Shown here one piece after another: positions 25,660 through 38,233 of a DNA stretch of 64,000 bases. The notes under the pieces are model-generated. The model was not told the DNA's origin, ran no database searches, and saw only the letters and a list, made by a program, of their open reading frames with translations. The translations under genes were made by a program, and so were the position numbers. Within the stretch, counting starts at the first letter, position 1. Each line of letters opens with the position of its first letter. The stretch is from Eledone cirrhosa (taxonomy: Eukaryota), in NCBI GenBank assembly GCA_964016885.1, contig OZ024746.1, forward strand, positions 70,866,001 through 70,930,000, written 5' to 3'.

Positions 25660-28074
25660 ACACACACACACTTTAGACACACACATACATCCCTACTTGT
25701 TCCTTCTGTATTCCCCATCCCCACTGTTGTCAATGTGTACTCAGTGGTTAAAATTGTTGTAAAACTGTTATTGACCATAATCAAACCACAATGGTCTGGA
25801 CTAACTAACCAACCAACCACACAACCACCCAACCGCTCCACCACCCAACCGACCAAACATCCAACCAACCACCCAACCTACCAACGAACCAATCGACCAA
25901 CCAACAGACTGGCCAGCCAGTGAACCAATCAACCAAACTATTGAACTCACTGACCAACTGACCAACACTGCTATGTGTGTGTCCAGTTGCCAATCAACTT
26001 CAATGGTGTTAGTAACAGCAGACATAACAACCACAAAAGCTATTGTTGTTTTCAAGATCATATCAATATTTATCAAAGTCTGGTATCTGTATGTGTGACC
26101 AATTTAGAAGAGATACGCCGATTACCTGCATTCTGTACGAGGTGACTGAAAGATTTAGCACTAGGGGGAAGGGCATTATCATTGTCATTACATCCACTCT
26201 TCCTTGCTGTCATGGATTTGGATGGGATGGGAAGGTTTGAGGTCATATTTTTCCTGAAACCAACCCTTCCTGAAACCAACCCTTTCAGCTGCCTCTTACA
26301 ACATGCAGGGATATGGTGTACCTATTGTAAAAACTGGGATACACACAGTATCCAGCTGTAAAACATTGCCTCAGAAAGGATCCTATGAGGAGTATGAAGT
26401 CTGTTATGAGCCTAACAATGTTAACTCCTTGCTTTAGCAAGGAAAAATGGCTTTAAAATGCTTGTTGTTGAGATATGGGTGGGCAGATAAGTGACATTGC
26501 TACTAAGTGAATTTTACATTGGATGAGTAAGCCCATAGATTGTGAGTTCAAATCCCCAGTAGGTAATTTGGTGTTTTAATCCTTTTGATACCGAACTGAC
26601 TGGAACTGCCACTGGTTCTATGATACAAAATTGTTTATTTTAACATGTTTATATTTATCTAAAACCTTCCATTATAATTTTCTGTAAGAACCTTTGTGAA
26701 GTTACGGTCCAAATGTGAACTTAATGAGAATGTTAGTTATATTACTAAATCACTCAAAAGTTTTGATTATTTCCAAAATATTTTGAAAACCATAGGGAGT
26801 GTCTTTCATTAGAAATATGGATACAAAAGGCTTAAAGTATATATATATAGTTGTCTAAAAATCTATCATAATTTTATATAAGAACCTTTGTTAAGTTATG
26901 TTCCAAAATGAGAAAGTTAGCTGACTAAATCTCTCCAAATTCTTAGCTTATTTTCAAAATGATTTGAAAATTATAGGCAATGTCTTTCATTAGAAATATG
27001 GTATTAAAAGGTGTTTCTACATCATCATCATCATTTAACACACATTTTCCCTGCTAGCAAGTGTTGGAAGCATTGTTGCAAATCAAGTCAGTACTCAAAT
27101 GGAAATACTGACCTCTCAGATGGACAGGGAAGTTTGTGTCACTCACTTATGTTCCAGCACCGTACCAGGTGCTTGGGCAGGCCAGGGGATCACATCTTGT
27201 TTGTAGCACCAGCTCTAGGGAGATTGTCACGTTTTTGGCACAACTGAAGAGTCCTCCTGACTCTTTATAGCTGAATACTTTTCCTATCACCAACGACTTT
27301 ACAGAGTGTACTGGGTGTGCTTATTGTTTAAATCACCAGAACTAGGGAGATTGTTATGGCTTTGGCACAGCTAAAGAGTCCTCTTCATCCCTTGTTTGGT
27401 AAGTTTTCCACAGCTAGATATTCTTCCAATCACCAACTTAATTTGATGTAAGAACATTTGTTAAGTTCCTAACATGAGATTAATAATGAGGAAGTTAGTT
27501 ATATTGCTAAATCCTCTAAATTCTTCATTATTTTCAAAATGATTTGAAAATCATAGACAGTGTCTTTCATGAGGAATATGGAAAAGAAAGGGTGAAGCTG
27601 TTCAAGGTCTGCATAAGTTCCACTTGTGACAAGTTAAATTAGACATTACTTCTTGGACAATTTCCAGACTTTATTTATTTAATTATTTATCTAGTTTATT
27701 TTTTTAACTGTTTGCTAATTGGCAGTTAAAGAGTGCAGTAGGACATGTTAGACAATGGAAGCTAAACAAGAGAATTAAAGACAAGCCTAGGTAAAATGAG
27801 CTTAAATAGTTCTTAGTAGAAAATGTGAAAAAAACCTGTTCATTGGATATTGGACAGTCACTCCACCATCACCCTGATAAAGTTCACAGCCTAAGGTCTG
27901 GTTGTTTTCTTTCTCTCTTTTTTTTTTGGTTATATTTTGTGTTTTAGTTTTTTACCTACATCTTCAAGGTTAATTATCTAGACAATAACTTAACAAGATA
28001 GGTACATTAAAGTCATTGCTGCTGAAATGGAGACTTGCAATTAGAGAGTATATACATATGTATGTGTATATATG

Positions 28075-28138
<64 letters not shown>

Positions 28139-28245
28139 CGTTTTTATAGGAGTAAGGCTACATCATTGACGCAAAGGCCTGGAGTTTCATGCTTTTATTT
28201 TAGCTGCAAAGCTATGATGTGTGTGTGTGTGTATTTATATAAATG

Positions 28246-28293
<48 letters not shown>

Positions 28294-28294
28294 T

Positions 28295-29010
28295 ATCTTC
28301 TTTGCCCACTTATTCCTGAGAGGGTCGTGGAGGCAGAGTCCTCACATTCCTTCGAGACCAGCCAAGCTCATGGATGTTATCCAGTCATCTTGCTTGGGAT
28401 ATCCCTATGGGTCTCCTGCCGGTTAGTTTTGCCCATAAAATCTGTCCAGCAATTCTTTCCTGTGACATTCTAACCACATGCCTATAGTATTGGAGCTGTG
28501 ATCTCTCAATTTGGAAAAATAGCAGCTCTAACTGAAGTGACTATCTGATCTCCGAGCTATGCACTCAATCGATTAATGTTACTCCAAATGCTCTTTGGAA
28601 GAATCCTATTTCAGCCGCTTGTATTTGCTATTGTATTCTTTCGGTCATTACTGAAAATTCATGACCATAGGTAAGGGTTGGCATAAATACTGAATTGAAG
28701 ATAGCAAGTTTGGCTTTTACACCTTCTGATTACCAAATGCTGACGCTGGCACATTACTGCACCAGCTCCTGTAATTCTTGTACTTTATTCAGCCTCCTGC
28801 CTTCCATCACTCGTGAAGACGGCCCTGAAATACTTGATTTTTTTTTTACACCTGCTTCAGTGGAACTCCATTCACATGTAGACTGCACTGCGTAGGCTTC
28901 CTTGAGAGTATGAGTGTCTAAGTTTTCGCAGCACTGATTTTCATTCCAGCCATGCTGATTTTCGCTCAGCATCAAATCTATCAAGTGCAATTCGGAGATC
29001 ACCTTCTTTC
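28295..29010 (-). mobile_element. Decayed RTE-like LINE, 3' portion
   Basis: Minus strand gives PTLTYGHEFSVMTERIQ..QAAEIGF..IERSQLQ..HVVRM-type ORF2 C-terminal motifs with stops. Confidence 0.75.
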
Positions 29011-29879
29011 GGGTTAAGTAACATCATGTCATATGCAAAATGTATGTATATATATGTATATCTATATGTGTGTGTGTATATATATGTATATATATATGAT
29101 ATAAAATATAATTATATATACACCTACATGTACATAGCTCCACATATATACATGCATACTTGTGTACACACACACATATATATATATGCAAACAGCTGTA
29201 TGTGTGCACGTGTGTGTATATGTGTAGTGAAGGTTGATGGCTTAGTGGTTAGGGGAGTTCAGCTCACAATTTTAAGGTCATGAGTTCCATTCCTGGTGGC
29301 ACATTGTATCCTTGATCAAGACATTTTATTTCACTCTGTTCCAAACAGTTTCCATGTACCTCATTTCACTCACAAGGCTTGGTTTGACCAGAGGGTGTGA
29401 TAAATCACCCTCTGCTTCTTCCCAAGATGCCATGCTTTGGGATTGAACCTGTGACCCAATGATTGTGAAACAAACTCCTTAACCATACGGCTATGCTGTG
29501 TCCACATTTGGTCAGGTAATGGGGTTTACATCAGACATATTTAACTGTGTCTATGTTGGTCAGTTCTTTAATTATGCTCACTAACTGTTTGTAGAAATCA
29601 TTGAACAACTTGTGATTGAATCTGGCAGTTATGTGTGTGTGTGTATCTGTGTGTGTGTTGGCAGTCCTCTGTGTTTGTGTATTGACAGTTTTCTGTGTGG
29701 GCTGGGTGGTCTGTCACCAGTTGGCAGTCACGTGTATATCTGTGTATAGGAGGATGATTGCAGTTGTGTGTGTGTTTGTGGGAACATGTTGGCAGTGCTG
29801 TGTGTGTGTGTATTTTGGCAGTCATGTGTGTTTGTTTATTTGTGTGTGTGTGTTGACAGTCGTGTGTGTGTTGACAATT

Positions 29880-30716
29880 CTGAATTAATTTTCCGTATCA
29901 AATTTTACATATACTTCGTACGAGCATTTATGTAGTTTGCACTAGAATTTTTGTAGCGTGGCGGCACCCTTAGAGATAGTATTAGTATTCTTTTTTGGGA
30001 TTCTGAATTATTTCGTATTAGTTTATTTTTTTGCACTGGGTGGTTGCTGGCCTTGTGCCTGGGGTAGAAACCTTTATTTCATACTGGTCTCCGGACTCTG
30101 ATTATTTCGTGGTAGTTTCTTTAGTATTTTGGCCCCCCACTTGTTGACCCGTCACCGTAAGATATATTCGGTTGTTTACTTATACCTCTTAAAAGGGTCT
30201 CATTATAATTCCGTCCTACCTAGTAAACCTTTCTTTAGTCTAGCAGTACCAGTGAGAGACTTGATAGCTGTCCTTAGGTTATAGTAACCAGAAATTGTTT
30301 TTTACTTTACACTCCCCCCCCCTATTATCTTCTTTGACCTCCTGCCCAGCCATAGTTGGCACTATCAACGCACGACTGGGTTTCTTCCACCCCCTCTCCC
30401 TCTTTCTTCTACTGGCGGGTTCAGCTACCCCTTCCCTCCACAAATTGCCATGATAGAATTATTATGTCTCAACAACAAACTTTTGACCAATCCTTGTGAC
30501 AATCACTTTTACCATATATGGAATTACCCCCTGAGAAGCTCGGCTATTCAAATACCAGGATAAAAATTTTCATTTAGTCCAGAATTAGCCGTCGAAACGG
30601 CTTGAGCTCAGCCGTCGGGGTCCTACTCGTTCCTATTACCGACTCTACTACCCTAAGTATTGAGTACTTTGGTGCGTTATGGTCCACCTGGTTCCTTACC
30701 ACATTTCCTTCGTTAT
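29880..30716 (+). mobile_element. CpG-retaining non-coding element ending in a hammerhead-bearing terminus (Penelope-like or retrozyme-like)
   Basis: 3' ~130 bp homologous to 39665-39826; ends in (TA)n; left boundary approximate. Confidence 0.55.
30526..30621 (+). ncRNA. Type I hammerhead-like fold with variant core (CUGAGAA)
   Basis: Stem I acccc/ggggt; stem II cggcta..tagccg with a long loop; GAAA 30594-30597; stem III cggct/agccg with palindromic GAGCTC in the loop; GUC triplet 30614-30616; G8 appears replaced by A. Confidence 0.65.
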
Positions 30717-30778
30717 ATATATATATATATTATAAAATAACAGGAGGCTGGACTGGTGTAATTCCTTAAAGGTTTATT

Positions 30779-30836
30779 ATACTATGAACATTTCAATGAC
30801 CGGGTTCATTATGAATCCGGTGACATCATCAGGTAT
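30779..30836 (-). ncRNA. Type I hammerhead-like fold, imperfect stem II base
   Basis: Minus strand: atac-CTGATGA-tgtc-accggattcat/atgaacccggt-catt-GAAA-tgttca-TA-gtat, followed by aataaa. Confidence 0.55.
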
Positions 30837-31162
30837 TCGAAATTAAACAAAGGAATATAATCCATAGGGCTGAAAAGGCAGAGAGACAAGAAGGCGGCCA
30901 CACATTTAGCAGTTTCTAGTTCGGTCGGCCGCCTTCAAATGTATATATATATATATGTGTGTGTCTGTAGGAAAAAAGAGGTTCAAAATGCAATTGGAGT
31001 CTTTAAGATGGTTTATTTACAATAACTTATAACTTTACTGGTTTCACAAGTTTCAGGATTTTTGAAAGTTAAGAGTGATGGGAAGATGTGTGGTCATGAC
31101 ATCATGTATTCCTGGGATATTTTTATCCATGTGGGATATATTAAAAAAACATTGCTTTCGAA

Positions 31163-31202
<40 letters not shown>

Positions 31203-31288
31203 GGAGGTGAGTTTTATTGTAGTACAATAAAGCAATGCAGATATCGGATAAGAAGCACTCTACAGTTTGTAGGACTGGAGTATACATA

Positions 31289-31538
31289 ATATATAAGAAC
31301 AAAAGATGGTTAAAAGAGTTCCATGTATTTTATTATGCGCATTTCAAAAACAAATATCATCATGCAATAATATGTTGATTTAAAACTGCACTATCCACAA
31401 GTGTTTTTTAACCTTCATATCATGTCTTCCTGTTTTATCTGATGAAAACACAAATATTATTGTATGATGATATTTGTTTTTGAAATGCGCATAATAAAAT
31501 ACATGGAACTCTTTTAACCATCTTTTGTTCTTATATAT
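31289..31538. repeat. ~85-bp inverted repeat around an ~80-nt spacer, ending in (TA)n
   Basis: Arms ~31289-31373 and ~31453-31538 are near-perfect reverse complements. Confidence 0.9.
31432..31500 (+). ncRNA. Type I (minimal) hammerhead ribozyme, apparently intact
   Basis: Stem I gttttat/ataaaat; CTGATGA 31439-31445; ~16-bp stem II; GAAA 31482-31485; perfect palindrome TGCGCA; predicted cleavage after A31493. Confidence 0.75.
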
Positions 31539-31553
31539 ATATATATATGTATG

Positions 31554-31584
<31 letters not shown>

Positions 31585-31641
31585 ACCCATGCTAGCGTGG
31601 AAGATAGACCTTAAACGATGATGATGATATATATATTGCGA

Positions 31642-31685
<44 letters not shown>

Positions 31686-31802
31686 TTTGCCAATGTCACT
31701 ACACTTTATGTGTATACATATATATGTATATGTATGTATATATGTGTGTGTATGTATACATATATATATATATATGTGCGTGTGTGTGTGCCCATTTATG
31801 TG

Positions 31803-32095
31803 AAGGAGCATGCCTTACTGGTTAGGGTTTTCAGCTCATGATCATAAAGTCACGAGTTCGATTCCCGGCAGCGTGTTGTGTCCTTGAGCAAGACACTTTT
31901 TTCATGTTACTCCAGTTCACTCAGCTAGCAAAAATGAGTTGTACCTATAATTTGTCACATTCGGTATCACACTGAATCTCCCTGAGAACTATGTTATGTG
32001 AAATGCTCTGCAACTTGCATGTTAATATCATGAGCAGCTAGTTTAATTAATCATATCCACTGGAAAACACATAAGTGTAATCGATGGAGGGCCTT
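31803..32095 (+). mobile_element. tRNA-headed SINE, family C
   Basis: B-box gagttcgattccc and tgtgtccttgagcaagacac core; related pieces near 8390-8540, 11725-11830, 29225-29340, 46620-46775 and 62945-63270. Confidence 0.7.
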
Positions 32096-32226
32096 CATAT
32101 ATCATCATCATCATTTTTACATCCATTTTTCCATGCTTGCATGGGTTAGACAGGTCCTTCTCAGCACGGCATCTCTCCACCTTTCATGCACCCCCCCCCC
32201 CCGCTATCCCCTCAGTGAGTCTCAGT

Positions 32227-32261
32227 ATATATATGTATATATATATATATATATATGAATG

Positions 32262-32300
<39 letters not shown>

Positions 32301-32819
32301 GTGTATATGTATATGTATGTATGTATGTATGTATATGTATGTATATGTATGTATGTATATGTATGTATGTATATGTATATGTGTATGTATGTATGTATAT
32401 ATATATGTATGTATGTATATATATATATATGTATGTATATATTTATATGTATGTACATGTATGTACATATATATATATATGTATGTACATATGTATGTAT
32501 ATATATATATATGTGTATGTACATATGTATGTATATATATATATATATGTATGTACATATGTATGTATATGTACATATGTATGTATATATATATATATGT
32601 ATGTACATATGTATGTATATATATATATATATGTATGTACATATGTATGTATATGTACATATGTATGTATATATATATATATGTATGTACATATGTATGT
32701 ATATATATATATGTATGTACATATATATGTATATGTATGTATACACGCACACACACACATATATATATATATGTATATGTATGTATATAAACACACACAT
32801 ATATATATGTATGTATATT

Positions 32820-32889
<70 letters not shown>

Positions 32890-32920
32890 CATATGTATAT
32901 GCATGTATATATGTTCACAC
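32227..32920. repeat. (TA)/(TATG) compound microsatellite
   Basis: Direct reading. Confidence 0.95.
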
Positions 32921-33319
32921 ATGCATGCAGCAGCTACTCATACATACAAGTCTTTACAAAGATGAACACACACCCACTCACACATACTAAGACACACATT
33001 CACCCCTCCATAGCTGTAATTAAGCTATAATTACGGTGATTCTTATGACTATAATTAATTGTCAATCACGGTTAATTAAGCCCTCCCTTTTATGATTGCT
33101 GTTTATAATAAATACAATTGTTGTAGAAGTGAAGCTTGTACTCTGGCATCTGTGTATGTATGGGTCTGTGTGTGTATGTGGTTCTGTGAGCATGTGTGTG
33201 TGTGTGTGAGGCCTTTATGTGTGTATGTGTGTCTCTGGGTCTGTACGTGTGTGTATATGTGTGTGTATGTGTGTGGGGGCATTTCTATGTGTGTTTGTGT
33301 GTATGTGTGTGTGGGGGCA

Positions 33320-33376
<57 letters not shown>

Positions 33377-33794
33377 CTGTATATTTCTGTGTTGTATGTG
33401 TGCGTGTGCATGCTTTTATTTTACTTTCACATTTTAGTTAAGAAATGAAGGTCAGTGCTTATGACATTTTAATTTATTCAGGACCTCTGAGATGGTGGCT
33501 GGGAGATAGGAAGAGATCTTTAACCCCTTTGGCACCAAATTGCCTGAAACTGCCCCTGGTTCTAATGATGAAAAACCATTGTTTTTAATATGTCCATCTT
33601 AAAAATTTAAACCCTCCATCATCATCATCATATTTTGTAAAGAAATTCTTCTTAAGTTATGTTTTAAACATCCAGTCAATAATGAGAAAGTTACATTACT
33701 AAATCCTTCTAAATTTTTGTTTGTATAAAAAAATTAATAAAAATCCTTGGTAGTTTATTTCATTAGAAATATGGTATTGTTACCTCACCTGTTC

Positions 33795-34145
33795 ATAATC
33801 ATCATGAATAGGATTGACATGTACAGCCAGAGTGGAAGTGGTATCAGTCAGCTGATATTTGCAGACAGCATGGTGCTACTTAATTTGTGAGAAAGTCATC
33901 TCTGTCATGCACTGGATAGGTTTGTAGTGTGCCTACCCTTAATCTTTGGTCATGAATCTTAGGTAATGACCAAAAGAATATGACTGTGAATACAAGTGTC
34001 TAAAATGTGGCTCCTTCAAAGGGTCTTCAGAGTAACATTGCTTGATAAGGTGTGTAAGAAGGAGATCAGTGAATCACTCTAGGTAGAGCCACTACTTCTC
34101 TGCATTGAGGGATCATAGCTCCAGTAGTATGCATTTGTGGTTAGT
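33795..34145 (+). mobile_element. Decayed RTE-like LINE fragment
   Basis: LIFADSMVL (LLFADD-like), then PTLIFGHES..EPLLLCIEGS; same family as 28295-29010. Confidence 0.65.
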
Positions 34146-35515
34146 GTGGTAGTGAGGTAAGGTGACATGTTGACAGTGGATGTTGTGTGTTAGTGTAAGA
34201 TGTTTGTGTGAAGGGTGTGGTAGTGAGGTGGTAAGTTGACATGTTGACAGTGGAAGATGTTTGTGAATAGAGTGTGGTAATGAGGTGGTGAGGTGACATG
34301 TTGACAGTGTTAGTGTAAGATGTTTGTGGGAAGAGTGTAGTAGTGAGATAGTAAGGTAACATGTTGACGGTGGTAGATGTTTGTGGAGAGTGTGGTAACG
34401 AGATGGCGAGGTGACATGTTGACAGTGGTAGATGTTTGTGTGGAGAGTGTGGTAACGAGATGGCGAGGTGGCATGTTGACAGTGGTAGATGTTTGTGTGG
34501 AGAGTGCGGTAACGAGATGGCGAGGTGACATGTTGACAGCGGTAGATGTTTGTGTGGAGAGTGTGGTAACGAGATGGCGAGGTGACATGTTGACAGTGGA
34601 AGATGTTTGTGTGGAGAGTGCGGTAACGAGATGGCGAGGTGACATGTTGACAGTGGTAGATGTTTGTGTGGAGAGTGTGGAAACGAGATGGCGAGGTGAC
34701 ATGTTGACAGTGGAAGATGTTTGTGTGGAGAGTGTGGTAATGAGATGGCGAGGTGACATGTTGACAGTGGAAGATGTTTGTGTGGAGAGTGTGGTAACGA
34801 GATGGCGAGGTGACATGTTGACAGTGGTAGATGTTTGTGTGGAGAGTGTGGTAACGAGATGGCGAGGTGACATGTTGACAGTGGAAGATGTTTGTGTGGA
34901 GAGTGTGGTAACGAGATGGCGAGGTGACATGTTGACAGTGGAAGATGTTTGTGTGGAGAGTGTGGTAATGAGATGGCGAGGTGACATGTTGACAGTGGAA
35001 GATGTTTGTGTGGAGAGTGCGGTAACGAGATGGCGAGGTGGCATGTTGACAGTGGTAGATGTTTGTGTGGAGAGTGTGGTAACGAGATGGCAAGGTGACA
35101 TGTTGACAGTGGAAGATGTTTGTGTGGAGAGTGCGGTAACGAGATGGCGAAGTGACATGTTGACAGTGGTAGATGTTAGTGTGGAGAGTGTGGTAACGAG
35201 ATGGCGAGGTGACATGTTGACAGTGGAAGATGTTTGTGTGGAGAGTGTGGTAACGAGATGGCGAGGTGACATGTTGACAGTGGAAGATGTTTGTGTGGAG
35301 AGTGTGGTAACGAGATGGCGAGGTGACATGTTGACAGTGGAAGATGTTTGTGTGGAGAGTGCGGTAACGAGATGGCGAGGTGACATGTTGACAGTGGAAG
35401 ATGTTTGTGTGGAGAGTGTGGTAACGAGATGGGGAGGTGACATGTTGACAGTGGTAGATGTTTGTGTAAGATGTTTCTGTGGGAAGGGTGTGGTAGTGAG
35501 GTAAGGTGACATGTT
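34145..35515. repeat. 57-bp minisatellite, about 19 homogeneous units plus diverged flanks
   Basis: Unit gtgacatgttgacagtggtagatgtttgtgtggagagtgtggtaacgagatggcgag; 19-aa periodicity in overlapping ORFs on both strands. Confidence 0.95.
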
Positions 35516-35823
35516 TAAAAGAAGATGTCTGTGGGCAGAGCAAGAGAGTGAGAGATGTATGATAGTGTAAGATATGTGTGGGAAGCTCAGTGCAGTAAGG
35601 TGTAGTCACAGGCTTATAGTGTAAGTAAGTTGTTGTGGGAATACTGAGGTAGTGAGGTTAGCTCTTTAGATCTTTTGATACACAAACAAGATCAAAGAGG
35701 ACACAAGATTCAAGACCAGTGACAGTATTTTGTACCACAGATCTACCCATATCTGATAGACATTAAAAGGTGGAGGAGTAGGAGGAGGTAGATGCAGAGA
35801 ATGCACACAGTCACAAATATATA

Positions 35824-35875
<52 letters not shown>

Positions 35876-35882
<7 letters not shown>

Positions 35883-36048
35883 AAAAAAGATGAAATCGAA
35901 AATGCAACTGGAGTCTTTTTTTATAAAAATATATATTTATTTGGTTCCTTTACTGGTTAAAGGAACCGGTAAAGGAGCCAAATAAATATATATATTTTTA
36001 TAAAAAAAGACTCCAGTTGCATTTTCGATTTCATCTTTTTTCCTTATA
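35876..36048. repeat. ~83-bp near-perfect palindrome (5-nt loop) between TA tracts
   Basis: Arms 35876-35958 and 35964-36048; the left arm resembles ~30968-31045. Confidence 0.9.
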
Positions 36049-38233
36049 CTTTCACTTGTGTAGGACACCTCGTTTTTTTTTCATTTTGCAAAAAATCCTC
36101 ACTTTCTAATATATATATATATATATATCATCATCATCATTTTACGTCCGCTTTTCCCTGCTTGCAAGGGTGTATATATACATATATATATCTATGTATG
36201 TATCTATATATATGTGTGTGTATATATATATATGTATGTGTGTGTGTGTGTGTGTATGTGTGTGTGTGTGTGTGCATGTGAGAGCATATCAGCCTCTCCT
36301 TCACTTTGCTCCTACTCAAATCTACTTCTCTGAAAATGGTTAGAAATGTTGATGACAGCAGAGTTGACTTCCTCCTCCTCGTCACGGAAACTGTTTGTAC
36401 AACAGAAACCTATATAGATAGTCAACCAAAGCTAGCTGTGTAAGAGTATAAACAGCTCAACATCAAACTGGTCTACAGATCTTTGAATTGTTTGTTTAAT
36501 GCCGAACAGTATTACAACTTAACACACATACACATGCATATACACATACAAATAATCTACACACACACACACATACATGTATAGTTCATTAAGGTTGATT
36601 CAGTGGCCTGTTACTATGGTGTTTTGTATGAGTCCTGTGTGCATATATACAGACATGTGTGCACACTCACACACACATATATACATATATGTATGTATAT
36701 ATGTGTGTGTGTGCGTGAGTGTTCTTTATATGGAAAATATTTAATCTTTCTGGTATTCAAATTTTGAAAATTTTCTTTTATCTTTAATAATAATCTACCA
36801 CTTTCAAATTATTCCTTTCTGTCTCTGTTTGTTTGTCTCTCCCTCTCAAACTGTCTGTCTCTTTATCTGTCTCTCTGTTTCTCTCTCCCTCCCTCTGTAT
36901 GTTTCTATCTCTTTGCCTCTCTCTCTCAATCTCCCTCTCCACTTTCCTCCCCTTAGTGTTCTAAACCTCTTTACTCTCTCTCTTTTTCATGCAGTTGTTT
37001 TTTATGTTTCCTTTTCTTTCGTATTTGTCTTTCTTTTTTTCTTCTTCTTCTCTTCCTTCCTTTCTCTCTTCCTTCTTTCATCTTTACAAAGATTAGAACT
37101 CGCACACACACACATTTATCTGTTTAAATATATATATATATATTTATGTATATATTTACTTTTTCTTCATTGTCTATTGACACAAATAAAATTAATTGCT
37201 GTAATGAAAATATCTTAATAATTTCAGATATTTTCTCAAAGATCTACCAATGGTAAGGATGGTTTTAAATTGACTCTCTTGCCTCAAAGCTAAACGTTTT
37301 CCTTCGTTCATTTATTCATTTAAAAGAATATTTTTTCTTTCTTAATTTCAGTTTAGCGATAATTTATTTAAATTCAATTTACATATTTTTTCTTTTTTAC
37401 GGCATTCATATTTATTTATTCATCTATTTATTTTGCTTAATACCATAAATACACATATCTTTACAATCAAAATGCCCTTGAACACTTTAAGTTGTCTCTT
37501 ATGAAATGCTGGACTACAGTGTGCCTATTCTAAATACCAGGATACACAGTTTTATGGCTAGATGCCCTTCCTAGTACCAACCATTTTAGTGTCTTCTTAT
37601 GACATGCAGCAATATAGGGTATCTATTCTAAACCAGATATACAGGGCAAAAAAAAAGAAAGAAATAATAAAAATAACAAATAAATAAAATTTACCCCCCC
37701 CCCCCATCAAAAACATGAAAAGAAACCTTGTAAAAAAACCCCCAAATTAAAGACAAATATATACATTAAAAAACTCCTTCAAACATGCATTAAATCAGAA
37801 TGTTAAGAATGTATGTCTTCTGATGTACTACTAATTACCTGGGAAACATGTATAGGGAATCTCCTAGGTTTTTTTTTAAATGAAATGTTACAACCTACCC
37901 ATATGCAGCTTTAGCTAGGCTTCTATGTGTTTGTATTTCATAGGAGATTTCTCAGGTGTTTTAATGATAGAGGTCTCAGTTCTTATCATAAAAAGCAACA
38001 CAAAATGAAACGTCTTGCTCAAGAATACAGTGTACTGTCTAGTTCAGAAACTGAAACCCATGACTTTATGATTGTGAGTCTAACACCTTTGGCTAACACC
38101 TTTGAAAAGAAAGAAAGGAACATACATAAGCACTTAGAACTGTACACATGGAACTTAGCAACAACTGTCATTTTTTTTTATGTCACCAGTGCAAATCATG
38201 TGAACCACAAATATTACCTTCTTTATCCTGAAG

